DNA of 64,000 bases from Trichinella spiralis (taxonomy: Eukaryota). The notes beneath the pieces were generated by a model, which saw only the letters and a program-made list of their open reading frames with translations, did not search any database and had not been told where the DNA came from. Location of the stretch: positions 11,584,007 through 11,648,006 of the forward strand of contig NW_003526943.1 in assembly GCF_000181795.1 (NCBI RefSeq). Reading direction: 5' to 3'. The translations under genes were made by a program, and so were the position numbers. Positions within the stretch are counted from its first letter, which is position 1. Every line of letters begins with the position of its first letter. Below are positions 24,501 through 36,740 of the stretch, one piece after another.

Positions 24501-27500
24501 TCTTCTGATGAAATTATTTAAATTTCAAATTTAATGTTTCGGAAATTATCAACATTTTCCATGCTGTTTGTTGAACTTGATCAAATATAATTTCAAAATT
24601 TCTCTCTCGTTTCATTTTCACATTACAAATTATTGTTCATATTATGCACTATTAATACAGATAATACGGATACATGTAAAAAAAGTAGATTATTTTATTT
24701 TTAAAAAAATAGCTGTAACTTTCCAAATTTGAACAATCTTTCAACTTTAATCCACAGAATATGGTGAAAAGTATGCTGACGTTTGAAAAAATCAAATTTT
24801 TGTACATTAATACAAATTTCAATTTCCATAAGTACGTATGGTAGTCGATATAGCTATAGGTAGGTAGCTAGCAGTCGAATCTAGCTAGCATGAATGGGTG
24901 GGTGGGTCATATGATGATCGTCAAATGGCGTTGTCGTCATTTTCACCATGTCAGTGTGTGTGTGTATGTTTGTTGACGAATTATAATTAGAAAACTTGCT
25001 TACCTGGCGATCGATAGATAGGAAGATCAATTGCCCAGCTTACAGGCTAGTAAACATTGTGCTGCTGCTGTTCTACTGCTCGCATTTGTGCTTCCAGCGT
25101 GCGCGTGTCGACGGCTTGGTTTTGTCAACTGCAACTCCACTTGCCGTAGCAGATTGTACATTTTGGCTTGTGATTATTCCGCTTACAGCTTGCGAGATGT
25201 TCACTTTTCACTGCTTTGAACTGTTTGAAAATTAACAACAAACGGTAAGCAAAAAATTTCTCACCTCTCCTCCTTCCCTGCTTCTCTATTCAACAGAGTT
25301 TCACTGAAGATGGATAATAAATAATAAAACTGTCTCCATTATCTCAATGCTAAACTACCGCTGGGAAATTTCCCCTAATACTTCACCTTTCTCATCTCGA
25401 CGATCAACAACAAACGGAATGATTTCAAAGTGAAATTGAAATGTTTATTTCATTTATCCTTAATTATATTGTATTATTTATTTATCTTCTTTCAACACAT
25501 TTCAATCAATATGAACATAAACAATATCAATTTTTATTAATAATTGAACGCACGAACACACCACAACAATTTCGAATCATTTTTCAAAAGTAGATAGATA
25601 AATCACGCACGCTTGAAAACTGATTAGCAAAATATTCATCCATTCGACAATTGTGATTTCTTCAAATATGTTAACAATCTCTCTGTCACAATTTTAATAT
25701 CAGATATTCATCTATTGGATAGTTATTTCAAAAATATTCTAATAATTGAAGAAAAATAAAGAAAAAAAAGGAAAATATTTGTAAACTTACAAGCAAATTC
25801 ACCGAAGCGCATTGCAATCTTCCTAAGGTCACAAATTGCTGCTATTCCACCTGAACAAGAATTGACCTAGATCTACCGATAAGACACCTTATTAATGGCC
25901 GGTAAGGCGTGTTTTATCGATTTTCTGTCCGTCATTTATACAAAACTGAGAACTATTCAATCTGATCAGACGAAATACAGTACGGTGATTTTCAAGTATT
26001 ATCTGATAAAACGTTTTACAATTGAATGATGCATTTTGAAAATTTATTTCAATAAATTTGTTTCATTTTTTAAATTGAAACAGTATTCGGTAATTTTCAT
26101 CGACAAAATTAATCAAATTATACATAGAAACGATGAATAATATTGAACTTTTGAAATGATATCACTTTGTAATTCAAAAATTGCCCATTTTTTATTAGTA
26201 ATTTTATTTTTATTTATTGTACACAACTAAATGATAATTACATAATATACGTCGACAAATAGGGATCGTTTATGAAACGTGAACTTATAAAGCGATATTT
26301 AATAAATTCAATTTAGCTGTTCAAATTATTTTCAATAACGGTTTTTATACTGTTCATGCTTTTTCACATTATTCTGCAAAAGTAAATTAATGAATTCAGT
26401 TCATAATAGATAATAATCAATAATTCTTTATTACTTTTTTGTCTGGAATTCATTAGAAGTAAAGTATGGAAATTAGAATGAAAAAAATTTTTTTAAATAG
26501 TTTATGAAACAATTATAATTTGTTATAATACAGATTTTTTTACTTATGTCATACCTCTGGAGTAGCTGAATTTTGAAAGTTATGGATATTTAAGTCAATG
26601 CTTAATATTGTGGTTCTTATTTATTTCATTTTTCTCAGCATGTCTTCGTTGATTTCCACATTGCGGATATTTAATTTGTCAATGCAATTAAAGTTTCATT
26701 TATTCGTCCAGATTGGTTTTGTTCTATTCGACTTAGAGGCACAGGAAATTATGATAATTTATATTTTTATATTTTATATTTCTAGTGTTTCTCTTTTAAT
26801 TAGTCTGTCGTATTCATTCAGTTTATTCCATTAACCAAATTGCATTTGTGCAAATTATTAAAGCAGCTGTTTGAAACTGTTAAAATAAACTTTAGTTGCA
26901 GTTAAAAGAATTAATAAAATGTAAAATTAAATTAAATATCACGTGAAATTGGATTAATAAATATCGCACAAAAATCAAATGATCAAAATTATAGCTGGGA
27001 GCTTGGTAAATAAATGTTATCCATATATATACATATGATTTTTATTCCAAAAAACACATGCTTAACTAATTGATCATTTCAGGAATAAGTCAGTTATTGT
27101 TGAAGATGTGATGGAAAGCTTTAGAACTTAATGCGTGGATTTTCATTAATTAATTCCTACGTATTTAAACAGAACTGTGAGGGATGTGTAAAATTTTAAA
27201 TTAATTTCCAGTTAAGTGAAATTTTTTTAAAAAATAATACCTTTAGCTGCTTGAATTTTATGCTTATGTATTGATATTTTGTTTTTCATGCAGTGCTTTA
27301 ATGCTGATGTAAAATTTTGTTGAAAACATTTCATTGATAAATAGATACTTATTAAATAAAGTTTAAGTAATCTTTGAGCATGAATGAATGATCTTTACAC
27401 AATGGAATTTTCGAAAGTAACATTTTAAATAATGGAATATATGTTGAGAGAAAGTTCCGTGAATGCATGTTTCAGAATAATAAGATGTTTTTACTTGCCT

Positions 27501-30500
27501 TCAACAAGCAGTTGAAGCTGCGCGCTTCAAGCGCATGCTTCTGCGCTGTTTTCTCCGAAAGACAGACACGATGAAGAGTGGTAATGAATGAGCATCATCA
27601 CTAAATGATCATCCCATGAGGACATGCTTTTCTTATGTGTCCGGCACAGCCGGGCACGGCTTGGCATTTTGCAATTATTTTCTTATGCTAATATGAAAAT
27701 TCATCATCAAAGTATGAAGTTCATATTTTATACCATTTTATTTTTTAAATAATTTAATATCAGTAGTAGTTTTAGTAAGCAGTTTTTAATGCCAAATATT
27801 ATCTACTATGTACTATTGTATACTTAGCGTTGTAGAAGATTAATGCATTTTTAAGTAATAGAAATTTCAAAATAAAAAATTATCATATAAATGTCGTCCA
27901 ATAAATATATATATACATTCGTGCGTATTGTTATAGTGTGAATAATAAAGTCACATGCTAACCGCATGAAATTTTTTGAATAAAGACGCTATAAAAAACA
28001 ATACAATTATTAAAGCGTATTGCAGTTGTTTGATTATATTTTTGTGTGTGTCTAATGTTTGTTTGTTTGTTTTACTTTAATATAGAAATATGATAGTAGC
28101 AAGACTATTGTTGAATTATTTGCTAAAGTATTTGTATGCAGGTTTAAATTAAGCATTAAGAATGATGAATAATATTCATTTATTGAACATGAATATATAT
28201 GACAGTTATTTCGTCTTGTTAGAGAACATATTAAATAATGAAGCACCCCCTTCTTCATTAGTAGATGTGTAAATTTAGCAGATTTTTTTTTCAACGTCCA
28301 ACGTAACATTTTCGAAGTGACGACGGCAGTAGTGCAACTTATGAGTGTTATTTATGGTCATTATTTTTTATCTTAAACAATGATGTCCAGTTAATAATTT
28401 GTCTTTGCAATTACATCATTCCCAGTTTGCATATATCTCACTGTATGTATAATTGATCGAGGGATGTTCATTTGTTAAGCTAATAAAGTAAATAGCTTGA
28501 AGATGTTGAAGAAGAATTTTTGTTGAAATTATTTATTTGCATTTAGCAAATTGTTGCTGTATTGTATTTATGTTTGACATGTTTTCAATCTGATAAAAGA
28601 TGAGGTGTGGTAATTTTGAAAGATTGGTTCTGATAAGCGATTGTCAAAGATGAAGAAGATTCAGATGAAATAATATCAACAATATGCATTAATTTATTCA
28701 TTCGCTCATTAATCATTGGTGTTTGATTTTCTTGAGAATAAGCGTCTTTACTTGCTGTTGGCATGTTGCAACGTTCAATTATGAAGAAATATTCAATTTT
28801 TAATATTGCCTTTCAGATTTCTTACCAGCTTACTAATTTTGAATAATATTTTAATTTCATTCTTAAATGAATTTGTCTTTTCATTCAGTTATTTATTTCA
28901 CAAATGAATTCATCAAAAATATATTGACTAACATTTCGCATTCTAATTTTGAGAAAGAAATATAAATTAAAAAAATGGTGACAATTTCCTTTTTCAAGTT
29001 ATTTCAAATAGCATTTTTCATGAAAACAAAAAAAATCAAATATGTAATATTTCACAACTGTGTGAAGCTGTGTTCTGTTTAATTTACATTTCACAGAAAA
29101 ATCATTTATTCGATTCTGTATAAGTTTTTAAGTGCTTTTTTTCTTGATTGATAAGATGATATGATGCAATTGTTGATATATCTGTGAAAATTGAACCTGA
29201 AGAGCGTTGTATACTGTTCAGTTTGAAATCAAATTTGTTGTGGTTTCATCTTTTCACCAAAACATACAATAAAGTGAATAATACTTAATATTCAAATTTG
29301 TTTATTGATTGATTTACTGACTTAAAGCAGTGAAAAAAAGCATTTGCTTTTTACTTTTTAAAAATTATGATTAATTGAAGAAAACTATTGTGAAAATGAC
29401 TACGATGTGCATTCATTAACATATAATACTTGTGAGCATTTGCAATTAATTTACTTATTGTTTTCTTTTCTCTTTTTGAAAAAGGGATGTTGATTAAGTA
29501 GTGATTTATTTGTGTTTCATTTATGATCATCTCTTGAATGCTTATATTTTCTTATTGTTGTTGATGTGAAAAATCTTTTTTTCTTCCTTTGACAAGTTCT
29601 TCAATCAAAAAAGAAAAGTTTAATTTGTTATCTCTTTTTAATAAGTAACTTTGAAATTATAATATTTGCTATTGAAAAATTTTCAATTGAACCAAAATGT
29701 ATTAATACAAATGATAATGCGGCCGAGTTGTTTTCAATACATTTTTTATATATATCTAATTTTCAGTTATTTAATAATTACATTGGTTAAAAGTTGAAAT
29801 TTCACAATAAACTATTATTGATGTTTGCTTTTGCTTGTGATAGTAATCGATAGGAATTTCTTTGATTTTCCAGTGCTGCTTCTGCGGTTGGTTTATTATC
29901 TATGCATGCATGTGCATTAGCAGTGATGCTGCTGCAATCGACGCTTTTATAAGCAAAATTTGAATCATCCAAGCTCATAAGGTTCATCGCATAAAAAAGA
30001 GATAATGTAAGTTATTTTGTTAGCTTCGACGTTTCTCTTTTCAATTTAATTTCTTCGAATTTATATTCTATTTTTTTTTTTCATCTCTTTTCCAACTTCA
30101 AAGAACATATATATAAATTGACAGTTGTGTGATCTGATGTTACTGCAACATCATGCATCCAATGCATGAGATGATGCGTGTTTTTTATTGATTGATGATC
30201 ATTGTTGAACAACTGTTCAATTAATCTTCATCAAGCTGATCTTATTTTTAACAAATGAAAATTGTTTTGTTTTAAATTTTTTAAAAAAATCTTGCATTTT
30301 TAAAAATTTATGCAAATAAAAGTTTCAAGTTTATTCAAAATAAAAAGAAAAGGTAATTCACAACAACAACAGCAACAGATGGCGTAGCGTAGAGAGAATA
30401 AAAAAAATTCGTTTAAAATATGTGTAATTTTAAACGAAGAGAAAAAATTATTCTTGATTAGAAAATTAATTATACAGTACGGCATCTCGTCATCGAAATC

Positions 30501-33500
30501 GAAACATTGATTGTTCACCAGTTGCAGTTGTTAATGGTAATTATGCAATGGATGAGAGATTTCTTGTCAACGTTTTCAGCAGTTCATTAGCAAAGCTATC
30601 AAGGAAAATTTATTTATATTTTCAAATTAGCCAGCCAGAAAATTGAACGGAAGATGGAACTTGCTGCAAAATTGATCCATTTATTCATTTTCTGTTGGAA
30701 TTAATTAATTCATTCATTCATTTTTGTGAATGAAAATTAAATAAATGAATTTTTTGTTGAATCAAAATTTTTTAAAACAAATTATAATTTTCATACACAC
30801 AAATTGGACATTTCAAATCCAATTTGATATTTATTATTATCACGATTCGTTTGTTTTAAACTTTTTTGTTGTTTTGATTTAATCTACACAAATGTTGGTA
30901 TTGATTTCCAAACACAAGCATGTTGCAAATGTATAATTTATCATTGGATTATTTTCCCACATCTATGTACATCTTTGTTTTTTTTTGTATCTTCAACTGC
31001 TACGTTGTTTGATTTGTTTGTTTGTTTATTTAAATTATTTAAAAAATGTGTGATTATTCACTTGGAATGAATGATACTTTTCGTCATTGATTGTGATGCG
31101 ATTTTGAATTGAGAAAGCTTTTGGTGAAATACTGAAGAAAATGTTGATGATTCATTCATTCAGCTTGCTTGGCAGTTGTTTACCTGTAGGTGTAGCAGTG
31201 GATGGAATGTACAAATGTATGAATAATAACAGTCAAGCGTGGGTTGGCTTTATGTAATTTTTTTTGCTCTCGGACAGGTCTGGTATTATTACAGAAGGTG
31301 GCAAAAATGACACGCATCTTATCCTTGACAGTGTCATCAGATGTACATTATTACGTTTTGAAATTTGTCAGAAACAAAGCTTGCAAATTGTACAGCTAAT
31401 AATAATCAACATCATCATTATAATAAACAGGTTTCGCTTAAGTCGACAGATTCATTTCACTGTAAAAAGTCGCGTCACGTCACGTCATCTAGGTGTGGAA
31501 AATTCATTTCATACATCTCAACAATACAGAAAATTACAGTGCACAAAGAAAATTTTAAAAAGAAAATGATATCATCGATTGCACTTTGATGCGCAGATTT
31601 AAATTATGATAAATAATTTTGTTGTTGTTTTACCAACTAGCAAAATTTGCATAGCAGGTGTGAGATTCAGGTATGTCTATTTCATGTTTGTATTATTTTT
31701 CAAGAATGTTCCCTTGTTGTGTCAATTTATTTATAAATATTATTTTTTATTGTATATGCAGAAAATTATACTGATTTTATTTATTATTTTGTTCAAATAA
31801 TGAAAAGCTCCTAAATAGATGAATGAAACAGTGGTGAACAGAAAATGTTGTTGCATAATTAAATTGTAAAATTTCATGTCAATGAAGTGCGAAATTTGCA
31901 ACAAACCAGTACTACTGGAATACTGTCAATCTAAATTTTTCTCGCAGCACAAATTAAAAAAAATTTCCATAATATTTTCTGTACAGCTGAAATAATAGTG
32001 GAAAAATTATTCCATCAAGCGATGAAAATAATAGAAATTATTACTTTTTTTTCCTTCTTCATTTTTGAATGACGTATAAAAAGTTATTAATTTCATTGTT
32101 GTCAAAAATGAATGTTTTCCGTAATTTATCTTTTTTTACAAAAAAATTATTATTAAAAGGACTGAAAATTTTATTCAAATTGTTGCTGTAATTTTTATAA
32201 TTAATATACAGGAAATGAAAATAAATTTTCTATTATTTAAAAAAAATAGAAAGAAAATTAGGTTCTATTTTCAATAGCAGGTAAGGAGAGAAGTGATGGA
32301 ATAGGCGTGTTGGTTTGAATAAATAATTCCAAGTAGTAAAAATTTCCTCATTCTATTCAATAGTGAAATAAATGATCAAGTGGTTAGTCAATAATCAATC
32401 AGTGGTTGGTGAGTTTGAAGAGCGCATTATTATAATGCTGCTGCTGCAGCTGATGTTTGCCAGGCATTCTGTAGGATGTGGTGTGGCTTTTTATGAAAAT
32501 CAATAATAGTTTTAATAATAATATTCATTGACATATTGTTGAAGTAATCAATATTTTTTTTTGTTCAATTAATTTTTATACTTGAAATTGTAATGAAAAA
32601 TTAGAGAAAAATTAATAGTTGTTGGATTGTGGCATTGAATCATTTTTCATTTTTCTACTTTGCCTCATTTTTGAGGATATTTGAAGAAAATGAGTAATAT
32701 TAATCTTATCAAGAAAATGCTCGACACAACAACCCATTGATCGATGTTGCATAAAAGTATTTCTTTTTTTCAAATAGAAATTTTCATTTTCAATCTGTAA
32801 TTTATTTCAAAATAATTGTTCAAATAAAAAATTGAAATCAATAAACAGTATGATATTAATATTAGTTTTACAATTACTAGTTCTTTCTTTTTTCCACATC
32901 ATCTATTTGTATCTGTATATCAAGATGCTGATTTGAACATTAAACGGCAAAGTTTAATGTTAGTTAAATTTTGTTTTTTTTTAATCAAATCAAAATTTAA
33001 ATTTTTCCAGTGGGAACGGAGTAGTGAAATGGGTGTAAATGAATAAAATAAGAAGAGAAAAAATTATTCAAATTGATCACTTATCCGCATTTATTAAAAA
33101 ATTTTCTTAATTCAAGTATAAACAAAAAAACGACATCATATGATAAGCACAATACAATGGAATACAGTACGGTGGAATGGGTTATCTGAAATTTACTTAT
33201 ACTACGGCAGTTTTTTGTTTTGCTTTTACTGTAATGTTTGTTGAAAATCACAGGAGGATTTTTTTTAATTTTTCTTAATTTTTCAATTTTTTGATCAATT
33301 TTGATGAATTTAATTGTAATTTCAAAATTACTGAACAATAAGAACTTGATCACACAACGTGAATATGAATTTTCATTTTGTTTGAATAAAATCAACAAGC
33401 ATAACCAAAGAATTTTGTTATCAGTTCTTTATTCTGAATCCATTATAAAATGTCTGTACATTTAATTCAATTCAATTCAATTTAGACAACAATCAACAAG

Positions 33501-34420
33501 GCTGAACATAACGTTGAAAAACTACTCCAGGTAAAGCATTATTTGTTTTATTTTTGTTCCATATTATGATTATTCAAATTATTTTTATAATGAAATGAAA
33601 ATTACTAAATTATGTAAAAGTTTTCAATATGTATATATATATATAATTTATTTGCGTGATATTTGGATTTAAGTTAACCTTTCCATAGAATTAATAATTG
33701 GTATATTTTATTATTTGAGCAAGTGATAAAATTAGCTTTTTAGATGAACAATAATAATTAATAATTGAATCTATTTAAGTGGTGTATGTATGAATTTTAA
33801 ATGAAAAATAAATAAATGAATAAATAGAATTTCCTTTTCTACAAACATTGATCATTTAAAAGGTGAATGATCTCTAAGATGGTGATGTTCTAACATTATC
33901 GTGAGAAGAACTTGTTTAACGTTTACTTGAAACGTTTAATTTAACATTGAATTTTCTGCATTTGAATGAATTGCCTTACTGACGTATTTGTCCTTTCGTT
34001 TGATTTTTCTTTTCCTTACATTGTACAAAGTATATTATTATTAATTTATTAAAAAATGTAGTCTATTCTTAGATACATATATATATGCAATGTATGTATA
34101 TATATACAGTACCTTTTTTTGCTGTTCATAGCAATAAAAATTAATTATTCGTTAAATTTAAATTATTTTTACTGTGGTGGAATTTAATCAAGATGATGAT
34201 GATGTTGTTGTTGTTAAATCAACAACATACTTGGCTTGTGATGTGTTGAGTGTCTAATGTCCGCTTGTGGGATCGTATAAATGACTGTTTTATAGGTTTA
34301 TTTGTCAGCTGTGCTTAATGTTTGACCGTGACCCTAGTGGGGCATCGTTCTTGCCCCAAAACGAATTACATTAATTAGCTTTGATTGATCAAGAAACTTT
34401 GGTCTTGGTGTGTTGGTTAG

Positions 34421-34456
34421 TTTGTTTATTTGTTTGTTTGTTTGTTTGTTTGTTTG
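34421..34456. repeat. (TTTG)n microsatellite
   Basis: Seen directly in the sequence. Confidence 0.9.
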
Positions 34457-36740
34457 TTGGTAGTGTTGAAGCCCCGCCCGCATTGCCTCGCAGAGATTGC
34501 GTTGTTGAATCCACTAATTATCAAATCAAAGTGTTGTGTTCTTACAGTCGGCAAATAGGTAAAAAGAAAACAAAACAATATCTTTCAACTTCATATTCAT
34601 TTTTATTCTGTTATTTACTTTATTATTTTTAGCAAACAAAAAATTATTCATAAATAAATTGCAGGTGAATGTAGAAATTGACAAACAAATAATTTTTTAC
34701 ATAAATCATAAATTAACGTGTGATTTTGTCTTGTTTGCTCCATAGTTGCTTAGGTGAACAATAATTATCACCACTTTGTATGTATTTTTTTTATTTCCTT
34801 CATTTTTATTTTTTTTGACTTTAGCTTCTCTTCAAAAAAGCATTGTGTAGAATAAAAAAAATGCAAATTCAGTGAAAATCAATATTTCTCATACAATAAA
34901 TATACTGTTGTTGTATTAGCATTTTTGAAAGGGAAGAAATGGCTTCTTGTGCTCAATGATCATCAATCTCAATAGAAAACTTGAGTGAAGTTTTCAAATC
35001 AGTTTGATTTTAATGGAATAGAAGTTTTCATGTGACGAGAATTTAATATGAATGCTTGAAACAAAAATGTAAATAAGTGCAAATTACACTGTTTTGATAA
35101 GCTTGCTGCATGAACAGGATGTTGTTGTCGAAAGGTTGTTTATTTTTCATGACTTCAATATTGAACGTGAAAAATAATGCTACCTGCGGTCGTTTGTGCT
35201 TGGAAACCCATCAAGCCAGCTTAACAACATTAGCGATGTAAATTTAATACTGCTTATTTATTTTTTGCTTTGTTATTATTTTTATATAAAAAACTTTTTT
35301 TTCTTTCACCATTTATTTATTATTTCATCACTGGTTCAGCTGGTAGAAGCAGATCAAAGTAAGTAGGAGTTGCATCAAAGTTGAAAATGTTTGCGTAGCA
35401 CAAACTCCACTGAAATAGATGCACATGTACAATTTCAAATTACTCATTATGAATATTACTCTATTACATGATGGGATATTACAATGTACGTGTAAAATTT
35501 ATTCAGTAATTCAAAAGTTTATTCATACCAAATCATTGAGTTGCAAATTCATTTTTTACTGAATTTCAATGTTATTCAAATTTTATGTTAATTTCAATTT
35601 CAATTGTGAATTAAGAATGAACGCAAATTTGAAAATTGCGTCAGAATTTAAATTCAGTTCAAATTGCAATCGGGTAATAAATTATAAAGAAAATGAGATT
35701 TTATTTAATTATTTGTGCTTGACCATTCTTGAAAACAATAAATTTTATGTGCACGAATGTTTCGACAAGATTTTGAAATTCACTTTAAAGATTCAAAGGT
35801 GATAAATCAATTTACCAGTTTAAAGCAACTTTCAAAATTTAAATTTACAAATTGAAGCTCAGTTGGAAAATAATTTTTTAAACTTTTATATAATTAATAA
35901 AACTCTTTATACTTTGTATTTTGTGAAATGAATCAAAACGTTTCAAAAAAGCTTTTTCCAACAGTGTTGCTTTTTGAATGCTTTTCAACTGTTGCTTGTC
36001 AATCTTTGATTTATAGCCATTTTTTAAAATTATACTTTCATATCTAGAATATTTTTTTTCTATGAACATCTTTTCTAATGATTAATTTAAAAAAAATTTT
36101 GTTTTTTATTGTAATTGTTCTCTTTCAGCAAACATTTTATCATTTTATATATTACAGTTATATAATTATTTAAACAAATATTTTTGTTTATTTGTTGTAT
36201 GTAAATTAAAAAAAAATAAAATTGAATAAAGAGAAAATTAATTTAACAGTATTTTAGGAATTATTGACCCTCAAGTACAAGTGATATTTTTCCAAGTTTG
36301 GCTGTGAAAAACTTGAACTTTTCCAAATGTGCGTTCTGAGTTTGGTCAGAGCTGCTCTTTTCCCCAGCCTCTGACTTGCTTTACAACTGTTTTTTTCTTT
36401 CTCTATTGTACTGGTTAATTTTATTCTTCAGTTGGCAACTTCAAATCTACAGCAAATACATAAATAAGCGAGCAAGTGGTAAGCTTATTTATTTATTTAT
36501 TTCTGAGATTGTTTTGTCGAAATTTTAAATTCATAAAATGGATAACGAAGGAAAATATTTAACAAAATTTTAATTGATTCTGTTTTCAGAATTTTCACAA
36601 ATAGCTGAAACTTTTCACAAGTGTTCATTGCACACTGCTGGTTCATACAACATTTCTTCTAAAGTATCCCAAGATTGCTTTCAGTCAACAACAAGCCGTA
36701 TAATTTTGCTTTGATAGCTTGCATTGTTTTACATCAGAAA

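Noticed and set aside
31203..31223. miR-1-like sequence TGGAATGTACAAATGTATGAA
   Set aside because: There is no complementary star arm nearby to form a pre-miRNA hairpin, and it has several mismatches to miR-1.
26000..33400. Many short Phe/Ile/Leu-rich ORFs in the ORF track
   Set aside because: These are expected by chance in AT-rich intronic or intergenic DNA, and many start at TTG/GTG, which eukaryotes rarely use.
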